A DNA stretch of 64,000 nucleotides from Pelagibaca sp. (lineage in GTDB: Bacteria; Pseudomonadota; Alphaproteobacteria; Rhodobacterales; Rhodobacteraceae), in contig JBGRQD010000018.1 of assembly GCA_041725935.1 (NCBI GenBank), positions 9,242-73,241 on the forward strand, written 5' to 3'. A program made the translations under genes and the position numbers. This document shows, one piece after another, positions 50,103-61,087 of this stretch; the stretch's first letter is position 1; each line of letters opens with the position of its first letter. The notes under the pieces are model-generated. The model did not search any database. It was not told the origin of the DNA and worked only from the letters and a program-made list of their open reading frames with translations.

Positions 50103-50836
50103 TCGGGTTCGCTTGTCTTGGGCAGGATGCGGTAGTGGTATTGTCCCACAACCTGCATCCCGAGGGAAGCGTAGAGGCCGTTTGCCCCGACATTCCGCTG
50201 CGTGCACAGGACGCTCATCCAGTCGGCGCCGTTGGCTTTGGCCCAATGCGCGGCCTGCCGCATCAGCCAGACGCCCATGCCCTTGCGGCGATGGGCCGGC
50301 GGGATTTCCAGCGCATGCACCATCGCGATGCCGTCATGGATCGCGCAATAGGCGGTGCCTGCGGGTTTGTCGGTGATCCGCCCGAGGATACCCGTTTTGG
50401 GCACCTCGGCGCGGTCCATCACGGCGATGCGTTCAGGGCCGATGCCGCCCGCCGCCCAGATGTCGCGCATGATCGCCAACGGCTCCCAGATCGCAAAGGC
50501 TGTGACGCGGGGGATTTGGACATCGGTCAGTTGGTCGACGGGACAGAGCCAGAGATTGACCGGGTCGATCACCTCGTATCCCCGTGCGGCCAGCGCTGTA
50601 TCCAGCGCCTCTTCGCCCTCCCGGATCATGAAAAGCGCGTCCTGCCCCAGCAACCGCATCGCGGTTTCGGCGGCTGCCAGATCGTCATCGCTCCAGTCGG
50701 CTTCGGCGGTTGCCGCGCTCACCCGTTTGCCGCCCCCGGCCCCGTTCCGCAACATCCAGGGACCGGCAGGCGTGCGGTCGGCTGGTGGCCAGGTGGCCTC
50801 TGTCACGTCGTAGAGCGTCTGGACGGTGGGCGTCAT
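50099..50836 (-). CDS. GNAT-family acetyltransferase
   Basis: HRRKGMG acetyl-CoA motif; ANGLYASLGM. Confidence 0.88.
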   Translation of the reverse strand: MTPTVQTLYDVTEATWPPADRTPAGPWMLRNGAGGGKRVSAATAEADWSDDDLAAAETAMRLLGQDALFMIREGEEALDTALAARGYEVIDPVNLWLCPVDQLTDVQIPRVTAFAIWEPLAIMRDIWAAGGIGPERIAVMDRAEVPKTGILGRITDKPAGTAYCAIHDGIAMVHALEIPPAHRRKGMGVWLMRQAAHWAKANGADWMSVLCTQRNVGANGLYASLGMQVVGQYHYRILPKTSEPE

Positions 50837-51555
50837 GCAGGAAACAGGTCGACCAACCGGGCCATCGCGTGATCCACCCTGGCACCGTCGCTGCCGCGCA
50901 CCACGATGTTCGATCCGTAGGCGCCGTTGTGCTGGAACGGATAGGACCCGATGGAGAGGTCCGGGAAATCGGCGGCGATCTGGCCAAGCGGCCCGGCGAT
51001 GTCACCTTCGCCACGATCCACGCGCAGGGTTTGCGACAGGATCGGCGCGCCTCCGGTCAGGGTCGGAATGACGCTGGCCACCATCGCCTGAAACACCGAG
51101 GGTACCCCGGCCATGACATGCACGTTGCCGATGCTGAACCCCGGCGCAATCGACACCGGATTTTCGATCAGCTTCGCACCTTCGGGGATACGGGCCATCC
51201 GCTTGCGGGCGTCGTTGAACTCCATCCCGCGGCTGTCGTAATGCGCCTGAAGCAGCGCGCGGGCGTCTTCACGTACGCCGATCGGCACGTCAAAGGCCGC
51301 CGCCACGCAATCGGCGGTGATGTCGTCATGGGTCGGACCGATGCCACCCGAGGTGATTACCGTGTCATGCGCCGCGCGCATAGCATTCAGCGCCGAGACA
51401 ATCGCATCGCGGTCGTCGCTCACGATCCGGACTTCGCACAGGTTGATGCCGACCTTGGTCAACTCCTGCGCAAGATGGTGCATGTTGGCGTCACGCGTCC
51501 GGCCCGACAGGATCTCGTCGCCGATCACGAGCATGGAAGCGGTTGGATTGGGCAT
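50833..51555 (-). CDS. CinA-like molybdopterin-binding domain protein
   Basis: IGDEILSG...DAN, SGGIGPTHDDIT, AGVP. Confidence 0.88.
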   Translation of the reverse strand: MPNPTASMLVIGDEILSGRTRDANMHHLAQELTKVGINLCEVRIVSDDRDAIVSALNAMRAAHDTVITSGGIGPTHDDITADCVAAAFDVPIGVREDARALLQAHYDSRGMEFNDARKRMARIPEGAKLIENPVSIAPGFSIGNVHVMAGVPSVFQAMVASVIPTLTGGAPILSQTLRVDRGEGDIAGPLGQIAADFPDLSIGSYPFQHNGAYGSNIVVRGSDGARVDHAMARLVDLFPA

Positions 51556-51601
51556 GTGTTGCGTCCTTGATCCTTCGTTTTCTCAGGTATAGGCGGGGCT
51601 T

Positions 51602-52318
51602 ATGCGCTTTCAAACCCCTCTTGTTCCCGGCACGCTGATCCGACGGTACAAACGCTTTCTGGCGGATGTCACCTTGGCCGACGGGCAGGAGATCACCGCA
51701 CATTGCGCCAATCCGGGATCGATGATGGGGCTGGCCGAGCCGGGGATGCGCGTCTGGCTGGAACCGAACGACGATCCGAAGAAAAAGCTGAAATTTGGCT
51801 GGCGGCTGGTCGAGCATGAAAACGGGCATTTCACGGGCGTCGACACGGGTGTTCCGAACCGCATGCTGCGCACAGCGCTCGAGGCCCGCGCCGTTCCCGG
51901 GCTGACAGAGTTCGACACCCTGCGCGCCGAAGTACCCTATGCCCAAAACAGCCGAATTGATTTCCTGCTGTCGCGCGACGGGCATCCCGACACCTATGTC
52001 GAGGTCAAGTCCGTCACGCTGTCCCGTCAAGCCGGTCTTGCGGAATTTCCCGACAGCGTCACCGCGCGCGGGACAAAACATCTGAACGACCTCGCCGAGA
52101 TGGTGCAACAGGGGCACCGCGCCGTGATGCTCTATCTTGTGCAGCGAACCGATTGCGACCGCATGACCCTCGCTCATGACATCGACCCAGCCTATGCACG
52201 GGCCTGGACCACCGCCACGGCTGCTGGTGTTGAATCCCTTGCCCTTGATTGCACAATCACACCCGAAGCGGTGGAGTTGGGAAAAGCGATCCGAATGGAC
52301 GCCCCGAAGCGGACCTGA
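51602..52318 (+). CDS. sfsA: DNA/RNA nuclease SfsA
   Basis: RRYKRFLAD, HCANPGSM, YVEVKSV, FPDSVTARG. Confidence 0.95.
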   Translation: MRFQTPLVPGTLIRRYKRFLADVTLADGQEITAHCANPGSMMGLAEPGMRVWLEPNDDPKKKLKFGWRLVEHENGHFTGVDTGVPNRMLRTALEARAVPGLTEFDTLRAEVPYAQNSRIDFLLSRDGHPDTYVEVKSVTLSRQAGLAEFPDSVTARGTKHLNDLAEMVQQGHRAVMLYLVQRTDCDRMTLAHDIDPAYARAWTTATAAGVESLALDCTITPEAVELGKAIRMDAPKRT

Positions 52319-52385
52319 TGTCGCGCCACTGGCAAATTCCTGCGCAGGGGGCTAAAACCCCTTTCAAGAGCTACTGGAGTGCACT

Positions 52386-53201
52386 GTGAACACCAACCAT
52401 GACGGTCGCATGACGCGTGAAGGCATCCGTATCCATGATGCGGCGGATTTCGCTGGCATGCGTCATGCCGGAGAGCTGGCCGCGCGTATCCTCGACGAGG
52501 TGGCGGAGCATGTGTTTGTCGGTCAGACCACCGCCGCGCTGGACGATTTCATTCAGTCCCGGGTCGAAGCGGCTGGCGCCACCTCGGCGACCATCGGGTA
52601 CAAGGGCTACCAACACGCCAGCTGCATCAGCGTGAACCACGTCGTGTGTCATGGCATTCCCGGTGAGAAGACGCTCAAGGAGGGTGACATCCTCAATATC
52701 GACGTGACCGTGATCGTCGATGGCTGGTTCGGTGACACAAGCCGCATGTACGTGGCCGGCAAGCTGAGCCGCAAGGCAGAGCGGCTGATCCAGGTCACGC
52801 ATGACGCGCTGTTCAAGGGCATCGAAGCGGCGAGGCCCGGAAACACGTTTGGCGATATCGGCCATGCAATCCAGACATTTGTCGAGGCGAACCGCATGTC
52901 GGTGGTGCGCGATTTCTGTGGCCACGGATTGGGACGCGTGTTCCATGCCCCGCCCAACGTGCTGCATTACGGACGCCCCGGCACCGGTCCGCGGCTTGAA
53001 GAAGGCATGTTCTTTACCATTGAGCCAATGGTGAACCTTGGCCGCCCGGAAACCAAGGTACTGGCCGATGACTGGACCGCCGTCACACGGGACAAATCGC
53101 TGTCAGCCCAGTTCGAACATTCCATCGGGGTTACCTCGGACGGGTGCGAAGTGTTCACGCTCTCCCCGGCGGGGCTGTTCCATCCGACGTACACCGTCTG
53201 A
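52386..53201 (+). CDS. map: Type I methionine aminopeptidase
   Basis: NIDVT, GDTS, GHGLG, FTIEPM, QFEHS. Confidence 0.96.
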   Translation: MNTNHDGRMTREGIRIHDAADFAGMRHAGELAARILDEVAEHVFVGQTTAALDDFIQSRVEAAGATSATIGYKGYQHASCISVNHVVCHGIPGEKTLKEGDILNIDVTVIVDGWFGDTSRMYVAGKLSRKAERLIQVTHDALFKGIEAARPGNTFGDIGHAIQTFVEANRMSVVRDFCGHGLGRVFHAPPNVLHYGRPGTGPRLEEGMFFTIEPMVNLGRPETKVLADDWTAVTRDKSLSAQFEHSIGVTSDGCEVFTLSPAGLFHPTYTV

Positions 53202-53215
53202 GCATTTCGGCCGCG

Positions 53216-53899
53216 ATGGACACGCATCCGACCCGTGTTCTGACCATCGGGAGCAGCTGCATCAACCGGTTCCAATTCGATCATTTCCAGTCGCGCAACC
53301 CCGGCACGGAACATCACTTCGTCAGGACGCTGTTCGATTGGAACATCGTGTCACTGGTGGGCACGGAAGCCATCCTGCGTCACGCGGTGCATGGCACGCT
53401 TTTGAGCATGCTTCAGAATGTGTCCGGATTTCGTGTCGAATGGGATGTGCTTCTGTTTCACGATCAGCTTCCCGGCGTGTGCTTTTTCCATGAACAGGAC
53501 ATTGCCAGAACCTTTGACGATCCAACGCAGAAATCGGCTCTGATCAGTAAGCTGACCCATCAGGCGGCGCCTTTCCTCGCCCCCGCCTATCCGGGTCAAA
53601 CTCATCTGATCTGGTCGAACGTGCAACCCAACTTGCCGGACACCGTGCACAACGTCACGCCGTGGGAAAGCTTCCAACTGACCGTCGACCGACATGCGGT
53701 GATCACTGTGCTGGGACGCAAGCTGTTCGGAACGGACACCCGTTTTTCTTTTTTCACCGTGGCAGAGGATGTCTCGCCAGAGTTGATCGGGGCCGCGGAC
53801 GTGCATGTGATCGATCTGCCCCGCGGGCCTGATTACGAAGGTCCACCCACCCTCTACGACTCTCTTCTCGCTTGTATCGTCACAGGGACACACCCCTGA
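53216..53899 (+). CDS. Hypothetical protein, possibly distant DUF1796 (papain-like) family
   Basis: TIGSSC...LFDW...FFHE pattern; fills the map-hisC gap co-directionally. Confidence 0.55.
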   Translation: MDTHPTRVLTIGSSCINRFQFDHFQSRNPGTEHHFVRTLFDWNIVSLVGTEAILRHAVHGTLLSMLQNVSGFRVEWDVLLFHDQLPGVCFFHEQDIARTFDDPTQKSALISKLTHQAAPFLAPAYPGQTHLIWSNVQPNLPDTVHNVTPWESFQLTVDRHAVITVLGRKLFGTDTRFSFFTVAEDVSPELIGAADVHVIDLPRGPDYEGPPTLYDSLLACIVTGTHP

Positions 53900-53979
53900 A
53901 GCTCTGGGCGAGTAAGATGGTTTGTCGCTTTCCCTTGCCCGCTCGCGCCGCTAAACCCTTTGCCATAGCGGAGGCCCAG

Positions 53980-55065
53980 ATGACGAAGATCACCCCACAG
54001 CCCGGAATCATGGATATTGCGCTGTATGTCGGCGGGAAATCCCATGTCGACGGCGTATCCAACGTGGTGAAACTCAGCTCGAACGAAAACCCGTTCGGGC
54101 CAAGCCCCGCCGCTCAGGAAGCCGTGCGGCGTTCGGTGCTCGATCTGCATCGCTATCCGTCGACGGATCATGGCGCGCTGCGCGCTGCCATTGCCGAGGT
54201 TTACGGCTTGAACGCCGACCAGATCATCTGCGGTGTCGGCTCGGACGAGATCCTCACCTTTCTCTGCCAAGCTTATGCCGGGCCGGGCGACGAAGTCATA
54301 CACACCGAACACGGATTCGCGCTGTACAAGATCGGTGCACTGGCCGCAGGCGCAACCCCGGTGGAGGTGCGCGAACAGGACCGCGTCACCGATGTGGATG
54401 CGATCCTTGCCGCCTGTACCGACAAGACCAAGCTGGTGTTCATCGCCAACCCGAACAACCCGACCGGCACGATGATCGGACTGGCCGAGGTGGAACGCCT
54501 TGCCGAAAACCTGCCACCGCAGATCCTGCTGGTGCTGGACGGGGCTTATGCCGAATTCGTCGATGGCTATGATGGCGGTGCCGGCCTTGTCAGGGCGCGC
54601 GACAATGTCTTTATGACGCGCACCTTCTCCAAGATCTATGGCCTTGGCGGATTGCGCATCGGCTGGGGTTACGGACCGCAAGACATCATCGACGTGCTCA
54701 ACCGCATTCGCGGACCGTTCAACCTGTCGGGAACCGCGCTCGCCGCCGCCGAAGTGGCCGTGCGCGATACCGCCTATGTCGAGAAATGCCGCCTCGAGAA
54801 CACCCGCCTGCGCGCATGGCTGGCCGAGGCTCTGGCCGAACATGGCGTGCCCTCGGACACGTCGATGGCGAATTTCGTCCTTGCGCGGTTTGCCGATGAG
54901 CCCGAAGCGGAAGCCTGCAATCTTTACCTTCAGAAACAGGGGCTGATCGTACGGCAGGTTGGATCGTACAACCTGCCCTTCGCCCTGCGCATCACCGTCG
55001 GTGACGAAGCAAGCTGCCGCCGGGTGGCCCATGCCGTGGGACAGTTCAAGGCGGGCGCGCGATGA
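53980..55065 (+). CDS. hisC: Histidinol-phosphate aminotransferase
   Basis: [34 protein letters not shown]. Confidence 0.96.
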   Translation: MTKITPQPGIMDIALYVGGKSHVDGVSNVVKLSSNENPFGPSPAAQEAVRRSVLDLHRYPSTDHGALRAAIAEVYGLNADQIICGVGSDEILTFLCQAYAGPGDEVIHTEHGFALYKIGALAAGATPVEVREQDRVTDVDAILAACTDKTKLVFIANPNNPTGTMIGLAEVERLAENLPPQILLVLDGAYAEFVDGYDGGAGLVRARDNVFMTRTFSKIYGLGGLRIGWGYGPQDIIDVLNRIRGPFNLSGTALAAAEVAVRDTAYVEKCRLENTRLRAWLAEALAEHGVPSDTSMANFVLARFADEPEAEACNLYLQKQGLIVRQVGSYNLPFALRITVGDEASCRRVAHAVGQFKAGAR

Positions 55066-55973
55066 CCCCGATCTATGACCGGGTGGCTCTGATCGGTCTT
55101 GGGCTTATCGCGTCTTCAATGTTCTGGTCGATGAAACGCGGCGGCCTGGCAGGGCATGTCACAGGCTATGCCCGCAGTGTCGAAACCCGCGACACGGCAC
55201 GCCGCATCGGTCTGTGCGATACGGTCTGCGACACGCTTCCCGACGCGGTGCAGGATGCCGATCTTGTCGTTCTGGCCGTACCCGTGGGGGTGATGGGTCA
55301 GCTCGCCGCCGATATCGCGCCCTACCTGAAACCCGGCGCGACCGTCACGGATGTCGGATCGGTCAAAGCGCAGGTGATCGCGGATGTGTTACCCGTCATT
55401 CCCGAAGGCGTACATTTCGTGCCTGCGCATCCATTGGCGGGTACCGAGCATTCCGGCCCGGAATCGGGCTTTGCGACGCTGTTCGACAACCGCTGGTGCC
55501 TTTTGGTCCCTCCCGAGGGCAGCGCACCCGAGGCGGTCGAGACCCTGTCGCGGTTCTGGCGCGGACTCGGGTCGAACGTCGATGTCATGGATGCCGACCA
55601 TCACGACCTCGTGCTTGCGGTCACGTCGCATTGCCCCCACTTGATCGCCTACACGATGGTCGGCGTTGCCGATGATCTGCGACGCGTCACCGACAGCGAG
55701 GTGATCAAGTATTCTGCCGCGGGCTTCCGCGACTTCACCCGCATCGCCGCATCCGACCCGACCATGTGGCGCGACGTGTTCCTGACGAACAAGGACGCCA
55801 CGCTGGAAATTCTCGGCCGGTTCACAGAAGAACTCTTTGCCCTCCAGCGCGCGATCCGGCAGGGTGATGGCCCGCTCCTGCACGAGTACTTTACCCGCAC
55901 CCGTGCAATCCGGCGCGGAATCATCGAAGCGGGGCAGGATACTGCGGCTCCGAATTTTGGACGATCTGGATAG
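55062..55973 (+). CDS. tyrC: Prephenate/arogenate (cyclohexadienyl) dehydrogenase
   Basis: [31 protein letters not shown]. Confidence 0.92.
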   Translation: MTPIYDRVALIGLGLIASSMFWSMKRGGLAGHVTGYARSVETRDTARRIGLCDTVCDTLPDAVQDADLVVLAVPVGVMGQLAADIAPYLKPGATVTDVGSVKAQVIADVLPVIPEGVHFVPAHPLAGTEHSGPESGFATLFDNRWCLLVPPEGSAPEAVETLSRFWRGLGSNVDVMDADHHDLVLAVTSHCPHLIAYTMVGVADDLRRVTDSEVIKYSAAGFRDFTRIAASDPTMWRDVFLTNKDATLEILGRFTEELFALQRAIRQGDGPLLHEYFTRTRAIRRGIIEAGQDTAAPNFGRSG

Positions 55974-55981
55974 GGCAATTG

Positions 55982-56872
55982 ATGCGTGTAACGAGTGTTC
56001 TGGTTTGTGTTTGGATCATGTTGGCAAAGGCGGCGACGGCCGCGCCCGACACATCTTTGCGCCCGGTTGCCCGCGCCATTCCGACCGAGACGACGGTCCT
56101 TTCTCTTGGTGACATCCGACCGGTGATGCGCCCAGAACTGTACGAAGCAACGCTTGTCCGCCAATTGACGCGCCAGTTCGAGCAGGACGCCGATCCGGGG
56201 TTTCAGCGCGCGCTGGAAAGCCAGACCGATCTTGGCGCACGCACATTTGCCGCCGTCTCTCCGCAAGCCACCGGGCTGTCGATCCGCCCGACCCTGCGGC
56301 CTGACAATATGGTTCAAAGGGTCATGGCACAACGCAACGCCCGCGCGAGGGGGGCCATTTGCGGCGATCCCGATATTCAGGGCGAAACGGTCGGCTTTGT
56401 TCCGGGCCGTTTGTCGGCCTGCGGAATTCAGGACGCCGTGCGCGTGCGGTCCGTGTCAGGTATACCGCTGAGCCAGGAGGCGATGATCGATTGTCCGACC
56501 GCCAAGGCGCTCAAGACATGGGTCGACAAGGGGATGAAGCCCGCGATCGGGACCACCGGAGGCGGCGTGGCGCAGATCAGAGTTGCGGCGCATTACGCCT
56601 GTCGCACGCGGAACAATCAGCCCGGCGCCAGGATCAGCGAGCATGGTAAGGGCCGGGCCATCGATATCTCCGGGTTTCGTCTGCGCGACGGGTCCGAGAT
56701 CACCCTCTTGCAAGATTGGAACCGGCGCGAGACCGGCGCAATGCTGCGCGTCATGCAGAAGCGCGCCTGCGGAATTTTCGGCACTGTGCTTGGCCCGGAC
56801 TCGGATCGTTTCCACAAGGATCACTTCCATTTCGACACTGCGCGCCATCGCGGCGGCGCGTTCTGTCGCTGA
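55982..56872 (+). CDS. Extensin-like C-terminal (M15-like peptidase) family protein
   Basis: YACRTRN, SEHGKGRAIDI, HKDHFHFD. Confidence 0.88.
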   Translation: MRVTSVLVCVWIMLAKAATAAPDTSLRPVARAIPTETTVLSLGDIRPVMRPELYEATLVRQLTRQFEQDADPGFQRALESQTDLGARTFAAVSPQATGLSIRPTLRPDNMVQRVMAQRNARARGAICGDPDIQGETVGFVPGRLSACGIQDAVRVRSVSGIPLSQEAMIDCPTAKALKTWVDKGMKPAIGTTGGGVAQIRVAAHYACRTRNNQPGARISEHGKGRAIDISGFRLRDGSEITLLQDWNRRETGAMLRVMQKRACGIFGTVLGPDSDRFHKDHFHFDTARHRGGAFCR

Positions 56873-56874
56873 GG

Positions 56875-57603
56875 CTATTGGTACGACCTGACAAGGCTTT
56901 CCGCGACAAGCGCCCAGCCATTCGCAACGACAAAGAAGGCAAGTTTGAACGGAAGTGACACGATCGCGGGGGGCACCATCATCATGCCCATCGACATCAA
57001 CACGGCGGCGACCACCAAGTCGATTATGAGGAACGGCAGGAAAATCAGGAAGCCGACCTGAAACGCCCGCGACAGTTCGGACAGCAGGAAGGTCGATATC
57101 AGCACCGACAGCGGCGTCTCGGGACTGGGTTCAGTCAGGTTCAAATCAGACCGAATTCTGGCCATAGTTTCAAATGTCTTGGGGTCAATCTGAGCTGCCA
57201 TAAAGACGCGGAATGGTTCAAAACCAAGTCGGAAGCCGTCTTCGACGTCGATTTCTTCGTCCAGCAGCGGTCTTATCCCCTGCTCCCATGAATCGATCAG
57301 GACCGGCTCCATCACGAAGAATGTCAGGAACAGTGCGATACTAATGATCAGCATGTTCGGTGGAGATTGCTGCAATCCGATACCCAGTCGCAAGATCGAA
57401 AGCACCGTCAAGATGAACGGAAAACATGTCACAGTGACCACGATCCCGGGCGCAATACTCAAAACGGTGATCAGTGCAATCAATTGCAAGGTCGTGGCAG
57501 TGATCGAACCGCCATCGCCAAAATCCATCGACAGGGTTTGCGCCGATGCCCCGGTCGCCGCACCGAGAATGATCGAGATTGCGATGATGCCGAAACGTCC
57601 CAT
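56875..57603 (-). CDS. fliP: Flagellar export protein FliP
   Basis: LGIGLQQSPPN, FLPFLIIDLVVA, MGMMMVPP, LPFKL. Confidence 0.96.
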   Translation of the reverse strand: MGRFGIIAISIILGAATGASAQTLSMDFGDGGSITATTLQLIALITVLSIAPGIVVTVTCFPFILTVLSILRLGIGLQQSPPNMLIISIALFLTFFVMEPVLIDSWEQGIRPLLDEEIDVEDGFRLGFEPFRVFMAAQIDPKTFETMARIRSDLNLTEPSPETPLSVLISTFLLSELSRAFQVGFLIFLPFLIIDLVVAAVLMSMGMMMVPPAIVSLPFKLAFFVVANGWALVAESLVRSYQ

Positions 57604-57606
57604 CGC

Positions 57607-57903
57607 CTAGACGCCGGATGCGCCAAGATCGTTCACATCGACCAGCCGAACGCAAAGCTGGCCTTGCTGTTCACCGGTCTCCGCGATCTCGAGCACGCCC
57701 AATCCGATCAGGCGATCCCCGACATAGAGCTCGACCATGTCCTCGACCCGCTTGTCGAGGATCAGGACAGACCCCTCCTCGAGGCGCAGCAAATCCCGTA
57801 CTAGCGGTCGCGCGCGACCGACCGAAACCGTGATTTCAATCGGAACATGAGTGAAGGCTGCATCGCTCTTGCGGGCGTCTGGGGTCTGGGTTGAGCTATC
57901 CAT
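57607..57903 (-). CDS. fliN: Flagellar switch protein FliN
   Basis: SpoA domain: VPIEITVSVG...GSVLILD...VELYVGDRLIG. Confidence 0.88.
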   Translation of the reverse strand: MDSSTQTPDARKSDAAFTHVPIEITVSVGRARPLVRDLLRLEEGSVLILDKRVEDMVELYVGDRLIGLGVLEIAETGEQQGQLCVRLVDVNDLGASGV

Positions 57904-58498
57904 GGGCACGCATCCCCGTCTCCTCATGCAGCACTGCGTACACCGCTTGTGAGATTTGGGCCGTTACATCCGAGAGGTCTACTGACAGTTCCTTGCGCCC
58001 AAGCCGCATATCCGCGCGGCCTTCGGGAACATCCGCGTCTTCGACCACCTTGATCGGCAGGCTGGTCGCGGCACCGTTCACCAGTTGGGACACATGTTCC
58101 GCAGAGCCCGGAGCAACAACGATCTCGATCTGGACCGGCCCAATATCCCTGGCGATGCGGGTCAGTTGATCGGCGACATGTGCACCGAGCGTGTCGCGGG
58201 CCAGAGACGGCAGGATTTTGTTCAGGATTTCGTCGAAAAGCGGGCCGATATTCGACAGGATCTGTGCGTGAACATCATGGTAGGTGAATGACAAATCCTG
58301 AAGATTTTGCGCAATTCCATCGGCGAGTTGGGTGCCTTCGTCGGTCTTGGCCTTGATCGCGTCGTCCCAACCCGCGCGATACCCCTTGTCGAAGGATTCC
58401 AACCTTTCGTTTTCCAGTGTTTCATCTGAAACCGTATGGGCCGCATTGGCTGGAACCGGCGTGCCAAAATCCTCTAAGAACGCAAAAAGGGGAGTCAT
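57896..58498 (-). CDS. fliH: FliH-like flagellar protein
   Basis: SFDKGYRAGWDD motif; lies between fliF and fliN. Confidence 0.75.
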   Translation of the reverse strand: MTPLFAFLEDFGTPVPANAAHTVSDETLENERLESFDKGYRAGWDDAIKAKTDEGTQLADGIAQNLQDLSFTYHDVHAQILSNIGPLFDEILNKILPSLARDTLGAHVADQLTRIARDIGPVQIEIVVAPGSAEHVSQLVNGAATSLPIKVVEDADVPEGRADMRLGRKELSVDLSDVTAQISQAVYAVLHEETGMRAHG

Positions 58499-60099
58499 CT
58501 CGCGTCTCCCGGTCTTGGATCATCCAACCAGCTGCGCAAAACTTCGACCGTTTCGCCGCGCCGTTCCTCGATCAGGTTTTTCAACCGTGCAACGGCGTCT
58601 TCGGAATTTAAAACGTCCGGCTGGGCGCCACGGTCAGAAAGCATCGGCAGATCAGTATTGCCCATGTCAGGTTCGATCGTGCCGCTCAATACAGGTAGGT
58701 CTGCCGCCTGATCAGAAGCTAGGGACAATTGCGCCAAGGCGGGCAGAGTCGCTGCTTGGCGTCTAGGCAGGAGCAACGGACGGATTACGAAAATACCGAG
58801 AATAAGCGCAACCACAGCCAACACCCCGAGCTGGATAAGATTCATCGTATCGGCCTGACCAGAAAACAGACTCGGTTCTGCTGGCAGCGATCCGATGGTT
58901 TTCAAAGGCTCGAAGGAGAGGGATTTGAGAGTGATGACGTCGCCACGGCTTTCATCATAGCCAACCGCCGACGCCACCAAGTCCCTGAGTGCGGAAAGCT
59001 CTGCCTCAGGCACGGGCACAAACGAAGCAGCGCCCTGAGCATCGGTCTGAAGCGTCCCGTTGACCATGACCGCGACGGTCAGCCGCTTGATCGCACCCGG
59101 TGCCTTGAGAACTTCCCGCGTCGTCTGCGACACTTCGAAATTCAGACGCTCGCGGGTTTCGGCGCTCTGCCGCGTCTCGGATTCGGTTTCCGCCGCATCG
59201 CCATCAGGCAGGTTGGACGCGACCGTGACGGCGCCAGAACCAGCGTTTTCGGATTGTTCCGAGCGCTCTTCGCTGTCGGAACTGATGACAAAGCGGCTTT
59301 CCGGATCAAAGCGACGCTCCGTGATCGATTCGGTTTCAGTGATCGAATCGATGCTGACTTCCACAACGGCATTGCCGGGGCCCACCCGAGCTTCGAGCAG
59401 CCGCAGAACCCGGTCGCGCAACAGGTCGCTCCGGTCTTGGATACGCGCTGCGCTGCTCATGTCACCGTCGTCCGACAGCAGGCCCAGTTGGGCATCGACC
59501 AAAGCAACATTCTGCGGCTCAAGACCCGCCACCGCCGAGGCAACGAGGTGGCGTATCGCATTTGCCTGCGCAGGGTCGATTGCGCCCGAACGCGCGGTAA
59601 CGTGCACAGAGGCGCTTGGGGCCAGGTCGCTGCGAAACGCATTTTCACTTCCAGTGGCGATATGGACCCGAGCTGAGCCGATCTCGGGGGATGACACGAT
59701 TGTTCGTGCCAATTCACCCTCTTTCGCGCGCAGGTAGGCGGCATCGAACATCTGTGATGTGGTTCCGAAGCCAGACAATGTATCCAGCAGTTCGTAGCCT
59801 TGGCCGGACGAGGCCGGCAAACCTTCTGTTGCAAGCGTCAGACGCAATTGGTCTCGGGTCGCGGCAGACACGAGAATGGATGTGCCTTGAACCTCAAACG
59901 GAACGCCCTTCTGCTGCAAGGATTGAACCACCTCGCCGGCTGAGGCCACGTCAAGTCCCGCGTACAAAAGCGTCATGCGAGGCTGGGTCACAAGACGTGA
60001 CATGCCTAGGACGGCCAGAAATATGGCGACCGTCGATCCGATCACGATCGCCTTTCGCGCATTGGAGAGTCCTCGCCAGATCGGGAATATATGCTGCAC
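58495..60099 (-). CDS. fliF: Flagellar MS-ring protein FliF
   Basis: GYELLD, RAKEGELARTI, ARVHI, SASV; two TM segments. Confidence 0.96.
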   Translation of the reverse strand: MQHIFPIWRGLSNARKAIVIGSTVAIFLAVLGMSRLVTQPRMTLLYAGLDVASAGEVVQSLQQKGVPFEVQGTSILVSAATRDQLRLTLATEGLPASSGQGYELLDTLSGFGTTSQMFDAAYLRAKEGELARTIVSSPEIGSARVHIATGSENAFRSDLAPSASVHVTARSGAIDPAQANAIRHLVASAVAGLEPQNVALVDAQLGLLSDDGDMSSAARIQDRSDLLRDRVLRLLEARVGPGNAVVEVSIDSITETESITERRFDPESRFVISSDSEERSEQSENAGSGAVTVASNLPDGDAAETESETRQSAETRERLNFEVSQTTREVLKAPGAIKRLTVAVMVNGTLQTDAQGAASFVPVPEAELSALRDLVASAVGYDESRGDVITLKSLSFEPLKTIGSLPAEPSLFSGQADTMNLIQLGVLAVVALILGIFVIRPLLLPRRQAATLPALAQLSLASDQAADLPVLSGTIEPDMGNTDLPMLSDRGAQPDVLNSEDAVARLKNLIEERRGETVEVLRSWLDDPRPGDAR

Positions 60100-60160
60100 C
60101 GAAATCCTCCGAATTCAAAACATCCTGTTTCGTCGATGCACCCGTTATTGCGCTTTCGTG

Positions 60161-60175
60161 TTAACAATCGGTTAG
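60161..60175. promoter_or_regulatory. CtrA-type site in the divergent fliF/fliL promoter
   Basis: TTAA-CAATCGG-TTAG; reads CTAA-N7-TTAAC on minus strand. Confidence 0.7.
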
Positions 60176-60220
60176 TGCCTGCACGCTAAGACAATTCCAA
60201 AATCGAGGAACGGAACCGTC

Positions 60221-60718
60221 ATGGCATTGGCTCGAGCACCAGAAACAGACAGCAGCGAAAGCACGCAGAAATCGTCGAAACTCGTCCTGATTCTGTCGGT
60301 GGTACTGGGCCTTGCAGGTGCGGGATTGGGGTTTTTCGCCCTGACCAACGGACTGGTACCCTTGGGTCAGGCTGGGTCTGACCAAGCAAAGACACAACAT
60401 GCGTCCACGGTCGCGCCCGACGTTGCGTTCGTCGAAATCCCGCCTCTCATCGTCACTCTGCCACCTGGGTCCAGAAATGAGCATCTGCGCTTTACCGGAT
60501 TGATCGAGGTGCCGGCAGGTTACGAGGAAGAGGTTTTGTTTCTGATGCCGCGGATACAGGACGTCCTGAACGGGTATCTCCGTGCCTTAACAATCGAAGA
60601 CATCGAAGGAGCCGGAGCGCTGTTCAGGATAAGGCTGCAACTCTTTCGCCGTATCGTCATGGTTGTCGGCCTAGGCAAGGCCAACAGTCTACTTGTGACA
60701 GAATTCATTCTGAATTGA
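60221..60718 (+). CDS. fliL: Flagellar basal-body protein FliL
   Basis: N-terminal TM; PRIQDVLNGYLRAL, EFIL. Confidence 0.9.
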   Translation: MALARAPETDSSESTQKSSKLVLILSVVLGLAGAGLGFFALTNGLVPLGQAGSDQAKTQHASTVAPDVAFVEIPPLIVTLPPGSRNEHLRFTGLIEVPAGYEEEVLFLMPRIQDVLNGYLRALTIEDIEGAGALFRIRLQLFRRIVMVVGLGKANSLLVTEFILN

Positions 60719-60727
60719 GGACCTGAA

Positions 60728-61087
60728 ATGGAATTTGTAGCAGATGTCTTGCTAGTCGCCGGAGCGCTTGGAGCGGGGCTCTATTGCTTTGTGCTTTCCC
60801 GTAGACTGACCCGGTTCACAGACTTGGAAAACGGTGTCGGCGCGGCTGTTGCAGTACTGTCGGCTCAGGTGACCGATCTGCAAACCGCCCTGCAAAGCGC
60901 CCAAAAGACTGCAATCCACTCTAGCGACAGCCTTGAAGACCTGACCCGTCGTGCGGAAGACGCGGCGAAGCGTCTGGAACTGATGGTCGCCTCCTTACAT
61001 GATCTGCCGCCCAAGAACCCAATGCCGGACGCGCCTCCCACGCCAACGAGCCCCGTGTTTTCCCGGCATGCCGGCGGTGCAAGTTGA
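60728..61087 (+). CDS. Conserved flagellar-cluster protein, TM + coiled coil (DUF6468-like)
   Basis: YCFVLSRRLTRFTDLENGVG; lies between fliL and motE. Confidence 0.75.
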   Translation: MEFVADVLLVAGALGAGLYCFVLSRRLTRFTDLENGVGAAVAVLSAQVTDLQTALQSAQKTAIHSSDSLEDLTRRAEDAAKRLELMVASLHDLPPKNPMPDAPPTPTSPVFSRHAGGAS

